DNA of 64,000 bases from Syncephalis fuscata S228. Its lineage: Eukaryota > Fungi > Zoopagomycota. Below are positions 27,861-39,503 of the stretch, in pieces. The DNA lies in NCBI GenBank assembly GCA_025786725.1, contig JAHLTZ010000016.1, positions 124,001 through 188,000 of the forward strand, read 5' to 3'. The stretch's first letter is position 1; each line of letters starts with the position of its first letter. The notes beneath the pieces are model-generated. The model did not search any database. It was not told the DNA's origin and worked only from the letters and a program-made list of their open reading frames with translations. The position numbers and the translations under genes were made by a program.

Positions 27861-28991
27861 TTAATTATTGTTATTATTAACACCAGAGGATAATAATGTA
27901 GACAATTCACTGTAGCGTATTTTGGCCTTTTCAATGCATTGTTGGATTTGTTCTAATGTGCATCGACCACCGCCATTCTTCCATAGAGATGCCAGATTAC
28001 CATTGGCTGTCATAGACACCGTAATACTGCTATCCATTAGTGGTTCTTCTGATGCATTGGGATCAGCTAATAATAACCGTCTATTAAATTCATTATTTAA
28101 ACATTAGCTATTATAAATGGCGGAATGACTACACAATACTAACCCGTCATAAATACCAAATGTTGATGAAAGAATAAACGACTTTAATGCCACTGGACGT
28201 TTAACTTGAGGATCTGCGCGTACAATACCTTCTTCATCAAGGTTGCTACACTAATTTGGGCTATTATAAACGGGTAGCATTAATGAATTATTAAAATACA
28301 CTGCGATAATCATCATACCATTTTTCAATGCTGCTGATACGGCCAATACACAAGCATCGATAATGTTGCCATCATAGTTGAGACAAGTCAAATCGGCATA
28401 AATAACCCAGACAGCTTGTTCGGGCTCAATGCACAAGTCTTCGAGTACAATGACTTTAGATCTAGACCAATACGGTTATCGATGAGCTATGCCAAGTATT
28501 CTACTGGCTTTACTTACAGTAGACTGCGTAGACGCTCACTAACTACCTGGGCTAGATCACCAGGTGGCCAGGTCGGAATCGAGACGAACAGAGCGGACCC
28601 AATTCAACATTGGCACTGAATATATCAAGAGTTAGACAAATCGCTCAATAGTTGTTTATCACTACCTACCAAAGTAGCCTTGGCCAGGATGTTCAAGAGT
28701 AGGCTCGGCTACTTCGGCTTTAATACCGCAAACAACGGTCGTATCGCCAATACGCACTACAGCAGATCCTTCTGCCGTACTGATGCAGTCTAGTTATTTG
28801 CTATTAGTTACTATGTTTTTTGTACTATTGGTTAAAAACTAACCTGCATTCACGATCGTCGTGCGAAATGTTTCAAAAGAACGTCCATCGGGCCTTACGT
28901 CCTGTTCAAGTATTTTACGATAATACTCCTCTGGCTGGACGCGTTTAAACGTTTCGGCTGTAAATGCGTAAGGTGAAGTGCTAGTGGCCAT
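27861..28991 (-). CDS. RRP43: Exosome complex component Rrp43 (EXOSC8), RNase PH family
   Basis: 'AETFKRVQPEEYYRKILEQDVRPDGR', 'TAEGSAVVRIGDTTVVCGIKAEV', 'VELGPLCSSRFRPGPP', 'WVIYADLTCLNYDGNIIDA', 'ADP..SEE'. Two 1-nt deletions near 28568-28612. Confidence 0.9.
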
Positions 28992-29317
28992 TGTATGAAT
29001 TGTAGAAATAAAGAAAAAACAAAAAGTTGTACACTGATAATTACTATTATTATTACGATTACTATGGTAGTCATTTATAACTAAATCTACACCATAATCA
29101 ATACCATTGCTTTATTGATACCAACTATCTCCCTTTTATATAATAGCCATAAGCACCACAGCCATTGCAACACTTGGTCTTTCTTTCCTTTGGAATAGCG
29201 ACCTTGTAGTGCATTGTCGGTCAGGACAATCGAAAGAACGTCATTGGATGTGTGTATAAGCCGTACATCATTGAATTATAACCTCTTTGCTATTATAGCT
29301 AGGCTAGGGAATCATTT

Positions 29318-31339
29318 ATGAATATGCAACCAGGATTGGAACGAGAACAGACGGAGAAGATGTTGCGTGAGATGCAGACGCTGCGTGTCAAGCTAGACGC
29401 GCTTGAAAACGAGAACGTTGCGCTTAAAAAGTCTATCTATGACTTATCGGCTCGATATTCGGCCAGTCGGCAACGCGCCGGTCCTTACTTGATCGATTAC
29501 GACGAAGATGCGGCACTAGCACCAGAATTGCTTGAGAAGGCCGATTCATTGGGTCGAGAAGTATCGGAAAGCTTAGGTTTGTTACAGCTGGATAGTGGAC
29601 GATGTAAACTTATTGTGAATATTGTAGGCCATGCTCCTCGTGACAAACAATCGGATAAGCGTATACTTCAGCTTAAGCACGATTTAAAGGTTAGTTGCTA
29701 TAACAATTATACTGTTTGTAAATAGATACTAATTGCAATATGAATTATAGAATCATACAGGCGCGGTTTATACCGTCAAGTATGCACCTAATGGCAAAAT
29801 GATTGCTTCTGGATCTTTCGATAAAACAGTTAGAATATGGGAACATCAAAAGGAGGCAAGTTATAACTAGTAATAATAGACATGCTTCTAAGTTATAGTT
29901 GTTTAGGTAGCTTGTCTTCGTAAACATACACTAAATGTATCCGATTTATCATGGACACACGATTCAACAGAATTACTCTCTGGATCTTACGATCAGACAT
30001 GTAAGATTTGGTCAGTATCAAGTGAGAAATTAAAGGCATCATTTGATTGTGATGGATTTGTACAAACAGTAATGTTCCATCCTCAAGGTAAGAAACAACA
30101 GTAGTAACATCGTATGTAATATATAATATTAATAATAATAATAATAATAATGATCTAGACGTTAATTTATTTGCAGCTGGTACATCGCGTAATAAATTAT
30201 TAATCTATGATCAACGTCAACCAGACCCGGTTCAATCATTTGTAACAGATGGTATGGTCAATTCACTGTAAGTAATTACATTAAAAGTAGATAGAATAGC
30301 AAATATCAATTTAATATATCTAGTTACTTTTGTACCGATGGCAATACAATTATTACAGGCGATGCTAACGGCAGTATTGATGCTTGGAGTCTTTGTACTA
30401 GTAAGGGAAATTGGTTAAATGATTTATACAAATAATGATTTATTATTATTATTACAATTAGATCAACGTATTACAAAAGTGGAGAATGAACGTGCTGGTA
30501 TTCCTATCTCGCATGTAACTACTTGTCGAAGTGCTGCCGGTTAGTAGTCTCTATGGTTGGTAAGAACAATCTAACACTATTGGGTAGATCGAGAAGAAGA
30601 AGCGCCTTATTTAGCTGTTAATAGCTACGATAACGGTAAGAGCTGCAACTAATTTAAACGATATACTGATTTTACGTAGTTATTCGAGTTTACAAAAAAA
30701 GCCAAGAGCCAGATGGTATTACATTGCGATTATTGCATTCGCTTAAAGGATGTAAAAATAAGAACTGGCCCATTCGTAGCTCATTATTTGAAGGACGGGA
30801 ACGTATGTACCATCTTTATTATTAGTCATTAGTCGTCACTTGCTAATAATGTATTTGTTAGATGCATCTTTGGTGGCCACTACACGGCCCACTTCATCAC
30901 ACGGTGAAGAGTTATTCCTAGATGATGATGAGGCGGCCATAGCAGCCAGCTACAATAGCAGGTGAGTTATTGTTGTTACAGCTTATTTCCAAGTACTATA
31001 CGTTAACAATGCTATAGTACTATCGATAACAATAAGCCACTGGAATCTCGAATGTTACTGGCCAGTGGTAGTGCCGATCCATTTGTATATCTATATGATG
31101 TTGGTGGATTGGAGGCAAGTACACATGCCAGTGATACAGTGTCAATACTAATGCTTATTATTTGTAAATAGGGCACAGGTCATTTACTACAACGTCTAGA
31201 AGGACATACAGATCGTGTGTATTCTGTGGATTTCCATCCTACTGAGCCTATTCTATGCTCATGTTCAGCCGATGCCACTATTAAAATATGGGCACCGGTG
31301 GGACGAGCTAAAAAGAAGCGCGATCCTATTCATTTGTAA
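29318..31339 (+). CDS. Coiled-coil plus WD40-repeat protein (start uncertain, possibly 29214)
   Basis: N-terminal heptad 'LRVKLDALENENVALKKSIYDL'. WD repeats 'HTGAVYTVKY...IASGSFDKTVRIW', 'LSGSYDQTCKIW', 'LEGHTDRVYSVDFHP...CSADATIKIW'. About 10 introns, two of them GC-AG. Confidence 0.85.
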
Positions 31340-31512
31340 TCCCATTCTATGTTTACAATAACAATAGTAATTATAATAATTAAATAACTATCAATGTCAA
31401 TTCATCGATTATACATGAGCTGTAGTATCGTAATTGTAAAAGTGTTGTATTTATTCGAAATACAAACACAATGCGCACGCACACACTAAGGCAGTCCACA
31501 GGAGCCGCTAAT

Positions 31513-32393
31513 TTAGTTCTTAGCGGGGGCGGTCACCTTTTTGCCATCCTAATTAAGTATGTATAGAGATAAGTACATGGTTTGATAGTTTCATTGCTTG
31601 CGGCTATTACTAATAGAATCAATAGCAGCACAAGTGGCAAAGCTTACCTTGTTGAAACGGAAGCGTGGGGGTGGGGCACGGTTGCGACGGTCAACAGCCG
31701 AGCGGACACGGACAATGTGAGCGTGGATAGCGCAGGAGACGCAGTAGTGAAGCTTGATGTAAAGCTTTGGCAAAGCATACTCCTCGTAGACGGAGGCCTC
31801 GTTGATATCACGAATGGCGGCAGCTTCTACCATGTTGCGCACGGTGAAGCGCTTGATGGCCTTGTCCTTGGGGACGCAGCGAGCGCAGTTGGTGCAACGG
31901 ACTGGCTTGACGTGTCCGCGACCCTTCTTGTTACGTCCGTGATTCCTCCTCTTGGTGGTCTACAATAAGGATACAGTTAATATTAGCCTATATGCGTTTC
32001 TGTATATCCATATTCATTGCAATCGCGTTGACGATAATTTGTAACTATATGCGCGATGTAGTAAATAAAGATTCATTACTATAGCAATCGTAATACTAGA
32101 CCATAGAGCATATATATATGTATATATGCTATCTATTGGAGCTATAAGCCATTCTACGGTTCAAACGTAGCTACCGTCCATGTATACACATTCTCAAGCT
32201 ATCTATTATTACTGTTTTGCTTTAGTAGTTCTCTACTACATGCAACATTTGCAAACATCTATCTATCTATCCATCCATCCATCTGTTTATCCATCTATAT
32301 ATGCATGAATACATCCATCTATCTATTCATCTATATGTTTATCTGTCCATCGACCTCCTATACATTGTCATATCCATCTTGTATACATACCAT
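31513..32393 (-). CDS. RPS26: 40S ribosomal protein eS26
   Basis: '[38 protein letters not shown]...[16 protein letters not shown]'. ATG-only first coding exon (32391-32393, ATG|GTATGT), a ~430-nt first intron and a second intron at ~31549-31647. Confidence 0.96.
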
Positions 32394-32616
32394 ATTGATG
32401 GGCTTGTTAATCGACAAGTGGTCGAGACTCAGCTACCGATGTGGAAAGGAGGAGCTAGTCGCGTTCGAATGGCTCACCTCTGCAATTGCCTGTATCGCTC
32501 ACACACACCCACTCACCATCCCCACTCACATCCACACCAATGCGGATGATCATATCAAAATGAAGCGATTATGACTTAACTAAAAACTGCTAAACTGTTA
32601 AAACTATAATCATCAT

Positions 32617-32689
32617 GCAATTATCATCAGGCCATTAATGATATCTTGATTGGCTAATGAAATATCATTAATGGCCTGATGATAATTGC
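32617..32689. repeat. Perfect 28-bp inverted repeat with 17-nt loop in the RPS26/ERG7 divergent promoter
   Basis: gcaattatcatcaggccattaatgatat (32617-32644) / atatcattaatggcctgatgataattgc (32662-32689). The loop contains GATTGG (reverse CCAAT). Confidence 0.95.
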
Positions 32690-32840
32690 GTAGTGTTTGA
32701 TTGGCTGACGTTTTGTTACACAACATTGAATTGTAAATAAATAATCATGTTTAAAGCACTAATAGTCCACGTAGTAGTCTTCAAGCCTTTTATACCACGC
32801 TAATAGCTCTAGTATATATTTCTAAATAACTCGACAAACT

Positions 32841-35800
32841 ATGGTTTATGAAGAAGGCCCCCATGCAGTCGAGCACACCGACCCAAACCGGTGGCGACTT
32901 AAATGCCACGAAGGTCGACAGAACTGGCATTATTTGGAAACAGACGAAGAGTGTAAGAGCTGGCCACAAACTGTCTATGACCGTTACTGGCTTGGTTTAC
33001 CTACGGTCAGTGGGGGCAGTTTAGTCGTTATAATTAATGATATTTACAATGTCGTATAAACTTAGGAAGCACCAACGCTACCTAAGGCAACCAGTGCGAT
33101 AGAAGCAGCGCAGAATGGTCTATCGTTTTATAAACTACTTCAAACTGAAGATGGCCATTTTGCTGGTGAATATGGTGGCCCGCTTTTCTTAATGCCTGGT
33201 CTTTGTATTGCTTATTATGTTACAAAAACACCATTACCTGAGCCATGGCGTATTGAAATGATTCGCTATCTTGTACATCGTGCTAATCCTGAACTAGGAG
33301 GCTGGGGATTGTAAGTGAATTTACAGGCATGTTTTACGCATTCTTTATTAATTATACATTGCTTATAATAGACATATTGAAGGACAGCCTACGGTATTTG
33401 GCACAGCGTGTAATTATGTTGCCCTACGCATTCTTGGCCTAAATCCTAATCATCCAGTAATGGAGAAAGCCCGTGCTCGTCTTCATGCTATGGGTAGGTT
33501 CATTATATTTAATCTAAATAAACTATTTACTTATAAAGCTGTTATAAATAAAAGGTGGTGCGGTACGTGCACCTTCATGGGGCAAATTTTGGTTAGCCGT
33601 AATGAATGTATACGACTATGAAGGTATGAATCCAATTTTGCCGGAACTATGGTAAGTAAATTAGTTTACTATTCAATGCATATGTACAATATTAATGTTA
33701 CTATTTCTACAAGGTTATTACCAGAAATATTTCCTGCACACCCATGGCGTTTTTGGGTTCATACACGAATGGTATATCTTTCTATGGGCTACATTTATGG
33801 AAAACGATTCCGTTGCGAAGAAACAGATCTTGTACGGGAGCTACGGCAAGTAAGTATACAATAAATACATCGTAGCAATAGTAAATAATTAATGATAAAA
33901 CCAATATAACTAGGAACTTTACACTGAGCCATATGAAAAGATATACTGGCCAGCTGCTAGAAATGATGTGTCTGAAGAAGATTTATATGTTGAGCATTCA
34001 AAATTACTTGATATTGCCAATGGTAATTTATTAGTTGTATAATTAATTACAGTTGATTAATAAATTCATTTTTATTAGGTGTTATGAAAGTATACGAATC
34101 CCACCATTCGGAATCATTACGTAAAAAGGCATTGCAACGTATTTACAGTTTAATTCTTATGGAAGAAGAAAATACCGGTGGAGTAGATCTTGGTCCAGTA
34201 AGTAAATTAAATACATAGCAGCTGACTATTTATAATAGTTTGTATAGGTTAGTAAAGCCATGAATATGATTGTTATTTGGCTTGAAGAAGGATCAAGCTC
34301 AAAATTATTCCAACAGCAAATATTACGCTATTCAGATTATGTTTGGTAAGTAAATTATTATTTATTATAACTAGTAATAATTTATTGAATACGCATAAAG
34401 GGTCAGCAAAGAAGGTATGATGAATAATGGCACTGATGGCAGTCAGCTATGGGATACAGCTTTTATTGTACAGGCTGTTTGTGAATCAGGCAAGTATATG
34501 TATGGCAGCTATAACCATATAAGCATATATTTATACATGCATATTTAACTATTAGGATTGGCCGAGAAAGAAGAGAATCGCACAATGATGAAACATGCTA
34601 TGGCGTTTATCGATGATTGCCAGGTAAGTATTAAATAGTTGTATTGATAAATACAACATTTCATTAATAATATCATTAGATTAAAGATAATGCACCAATG
34701 GGTGCTATGTCATATCGTCATATTCGTAAAGGAGCTTGGCCATTCAGTACGCGGCACCAAGGCTATACTGTATCAGACTGTACAGCTGAAGGATTAAAAG
34801 CTGTTCTTTGTTTGCTAGATTTAAGGTTAGAATACTTTCAGCAATAACGCCAATAATTATGTAATTACCTATGAGCTAATAATATTTTATTATATAGCTA
34901 CACCGAAAAAACTATTACTCATGAGCGTTTATACGACGCAGTTAATGTGCTATTGTCTATGCAGAATAGCGATGGCGGCTTTGCTAGCTATGAACTAGCA
35001 CGAGGACCCAAAATTATTGAACATTTAAATCCAGCCGAAGTAAGTTATATATATATACATTAATCTTTAATAGCTGTTTAATTAATCAGTCATTATTATT
35101 ATTTACTAGGTATTTGGTAGGGAATTATTACTTTTGTCTATTTGTATATACTAATTATATAATCAACTTAGGCGATATCATGATTGAATATAGTTACGTT
35201 GAATGTTCAACTGCTGTTCTTCTTGGCTTGTCCTCATTCCGCAAACGATTCCCTGATCATCGTAGTGATGAAATTGCGTAAGTCATTTATAGAATATATC
35301 AATTGATTTATTAATATAAATGCTATTATTACTAGTGTGTACAAAAGAAGGTTGTTAAATTTATTAAAAGCAAACAACGCAAGGATGGCAGCTGGTTTGG
35401 TTCATGGGCCATCTGTTTCACCTATGCCGGCTTATTTGCCATTGAAAGTTTGACCAGTGTAGGCGAAGCATATGATAATAGGTAGGCATTTAATAATTAC
35501 TACTATTTAGATGCTAATGGCATTATAAAGTGAAAGTGTACGCAAAGGATGTGATTTCTCATTAGCAAACAAATGGAAGATGGTGGCTGGGGCGAGTCTT
35601 ACAAGGTAATGCATTAGTTAATTAATTATAACCAACTAATAATGTATTTATGATACCAATCGTTACTTTATTAGTCATGTGAAACGGGCGAATATGTACA
35701 CAGTTCTACTTCTCAAGTTGTTCAAACGTCATGGGCTTTATTATCCCTGTTAGCTGCCAAATACCCTGATCGTGTTCCTATTGAACGTGGTATTAAGGTA

Positions 35801-36018
35801 ATACTAATAGCATTACAATTAATAATATTGACATAATGTACTTTTATTATCATTATCATTATTAGTTACTTATGGATCGCCAACAATCTAATGGGGAATG
35901 GTTACAAGAAAATATTGAAGGCATTTTTAACAAAAGCTGTGCCATTTCTTATCCCAACTACAAGTTTTCCTTCACTATTTGGGCTCTAGGCCGTTACCAT
36001 CAGCAATACTGTGCTTAA
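32841..36018 (+). CDS. ERG7: 2,3-oxidosqualene cyclase, lanosterol synthase type
   Basis: 'GRQNWHY', '[20 protein letters not shown]', '[10 protein letters not shown]', '[20 protein letters not shown]', QW repeats '[11 protein letters not shown]' and 'QMEDGGWGE'. Thr/Gln/Val at the product-determining positions fits lanosterol rather than cycloartenol synthase. About 17 introns. Confidence 0.97.
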
Positions 36019-36120
36019 TAGCAATTTTAACAATACTTTATAAGTAGAAATAAATGAGTTTAATGAGAAAATGTGGCATGTGCATTTAAGTACAACAGAG
36101 ATGGAAAAAACACGTCCTCT

Positions 36121-39018
36121 TCATACTAGTTCTGCATCTTCCAAATACCGATATTCAAAGCGGAATTCGGTCTTTTTCCGTTGACACCATGCTCCTTCAT
36201 AGTCAAAATAGATATACGTGCCCATTTCATACTCGTCAGTAATTGCAGTTGGTTCTTCGTGTCGTTGAAACCAAGTTTGGTACTTTTTATGATATCGCCA
36301 TGACTTTTTCTTTAAAGACCGTGCGGCCAAATATCTATATCAAACAGTAGTTATGTAATTAGTAGTGTTGTATTTATTCATACCATCCACTTACTGTTGA
36401 TATGTGCCTTGTTGATAATAGAATATAAAGAATAAAGCATCCGAACTTAACTTATCAAATAACATAGGATTGTCAAATAATGGCGATGGTGTTGGTGGAT
36501 AATAAGCAGGTGTAGGATGTACATTCTTTGGTGTATAATGTTTAGGCCTATTAGTTGATTAATTAGTTGATTAATTAATAAATTAATAAATAATCTATGT
36601 TTTACTTACCGTTCAGCATCTAAACTACCCGGTAAATAAAGACAACCTTGATCAAGTAATTGTTGATATTGATGCAAATCGCTTCTTGTTCGAGCTATTA
36701 AATCGATAGTAATTAGCATAGAGTGGATCTAATTAGCCATTTCGCTATTTACCTTTCTGTTTTGCTGTCTCAAATGTTGCAATCAAATCAGCCAAAGCTG
36801 CCGATGGTGGCAGATCTGCTCCTACTGGCATCTTGGAACGAGGTGGAAGATGTGAAGTAGACGGTGATTGTACAGGTGCCGGTGTCAATACAGTATCTGA
36901 AACAGTACTGGCTGACGCCTATGTAAACAATAATGGTTATTATCAATCAACTACTGTATATCATTTCTATGCATGTATGTATATATACCTTGGCTGAATC
37001 ACGTGAAGCAGTACTGGTAGTAGAGACCATGAGTCATTACTTACTGATATAGACATACCAACCGAGGCAATGGGTCCACTGGGCTTACTACTTAATTTAC
37101 TCGCTAATTGTTTACCAGCCGCTAATTACCATTAATATTAGACTATAGGCTTTTATCATCACTACTACTACTACCACCACCACTACTGGCAAATGACACT
37201 TACTTCCGGCTACTACTGCAGCAATCGTTGGTACAGGTGTTTTAATACCTTGTGACTTAATGATAGGCGGTGCACTAGGCGTGTTTTGTAGTGACGCTTG
37301 AGCAGTTACCGAATATAACTGGGCTGTTGTATGCTTTCGAGCCGGTGATGGGGCCGGTGATGACGCAGCAGTCGTTGGCGGCGAGGTAGTATTATCAGGA
37401 TAAGAAACAGTAGGAGTAGATCCACGACTGATATCTAAATAGTTAAATAGTATAATTATATTAGTAACTAATCCTATATCATTCAATTACATACGATGAG
37501 CTGTGTCTTTAGTTGATTTACGAGAGATGGAGGCTCTAAATATTAATAGTCATATAAATCATAGATCCACTAATTACAACTAGTAACTATATACCTTTAG
37601 GTGCCACTGAGCCATTACTCGATGCTTTACCAGTGTTAGTTTAGTGGATCCCGATTCAACAATAATCTAATAAATAGGATATATCAATATGTAAATAGAA
37701 AAGTATAAGTTATATAATAAATCCTATTGTTTAAACGCTATTTACCTCGTTAGATTTACATGATAATGAATCGAATTTAATGTCATCACTTGATCTCTCC
37801 ATCTAAATATAAATAATAAAGTATTATATATACATATATATAATATGTAATATGTAATACATACCGCTGCTTCTTTAACTAATTCATTATATATTATTAG
37901 TATTATGCTTATTAGCTTGATTGATTAACTTACGATCTGATACTGAACCATGGCTACTCTGTAGTTCTTCATTCATGCCTATTGTATACAGCTCTTCTTC
38001 AGCTTCCAAATTAAGTTCTTCGTATATTTCCTCATCCTCTGCAAAATCAGGATCCTATACAACATCATCAATATAGTAAAGGCCATGTTATTAAACCTTT
38101 ATTATTTACCTGGTTGTTTTCAACATAATACTCGACATTATCTCGAATAGCTTGTACCTTTAACAATAGACAGTATCAATACAATATATAAACACATATA
38201 CACACATGCATAATAGACTATTTACCTGATCCGAACTAATATTGCCATTTTCTAATAACCGTAAAATCAACTCTAATCGGCCCATATGCCATTTGTGTCT
38301 TTGTACACACTCATCAATCATGGCAATACGTTCATACTTTTCAGAAGACTTCTTATTTTTACGTAGTCCAACCTGTAACCGTTCTGCCTCTGCTTCCAGT
38401 CCATCGATCTGCGTACTTAAATCCTCAACCGTACGGGTAATCCACGCGGATATTTCCTGTTTCTCTTTATCCTTTGGATCCAAACGAGTAGCAAGTGTTA
38501 GTCCTTCCTTTGAAAATGCTTTTGTTTTCATCTCTTTCTCGCACGCCTTGAATAGTTCCATTTTCTAATAATAAATATAATAAATATAACGTATATAGCG
38601 TATATAACGTATATAATTTATATATACATTGTATGTGAATAAACGTTAGCGCCATTTCTATTACCCGACGTCTTTAATAGATCCATTCCCGCTTACCTGC
38701 TCAATAAGCCGTCGCTGGTCAACAAGTGGCGTTTTGTCCTTGATGTCACTTGAGGAAATCCAGTTCTTGATTTGGTCACGCAATCGCTGTAGCTTTTTGA
38801 TCTCTTTCTTGAGGTCTTGTTCATGCTTTTCCTTTTGGCTAAAATTGTCCGCGCTCTCTAGCTTACGGAATATCGCGTCAAACGTCTCTACACCTTCTGA
38901 GACCTTTTTAAAGACGCGGTCGATTTCCGCTTGGTGAATTGGGTAGCATGTCAGCGTCACCGCTGTCTGCATTGTCTGTCACCCTGCCCATCTCACCCTG
39001 TAGTTTTCTACTTGCCAT
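36121..39018 (-). CDS. NOT3: CCR4-NOT complex subunit Not3/Not5 (CNOT3)
   Basis: '[20 protein letters not shown]...[24 protein letters not shown]', '[17 protein letters not shown]', C-terminal NOT-box '[18 protein letters not shown]...[13 protein letters not shown]'. Confidence 0.96.
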
Positions 39019-39503
39019 GGCGGAAAAGAACGCTAATAAAGATTAGGATATAACTAGAAACGAGACAAAAGGAGATTGCCAACCAGCAGTACTATTAACC
39101 GCTAAAGCGTGCTGTTTTATGTGCAGCGGCAGGTTGGCCGAGAAATAGTGTAAAGATGAGTAGTGGCAGTAGCAGTAGTGTATGGAAAGCAAGCACTTTA
39201 CACTAAATGCTAGTTATCTCTGTGTGTGTGTGTGTGTGTGTAAGCGTGTGTGAATCGAGTCAAATCGACTGGATTCAAGGCGACTTTTCAATTTTTATAG
39301 AATTTTATCGGCGGAGACGTGAACGAAAGATCGTATACGTTCCTGCCTTCCAGCTTATTTGCATTTACTTTTGTGTTGAGCTACTCGCAGCTGTAACTTA
39401 TAAAAAGTACCATTGGTTGGATTGAGTCGTTCGTTATTGTCGGCTATTTTGCTTGATTATCCTTTTTGTACCGTTCAATTCGATATCGATTACTTGCACA
39501 ACC

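Noticed and set aside
31582-31968. 128-aa plus-strand ORF
   Set aside because: Antisense shadow of the codon-biased RPS26 exon.
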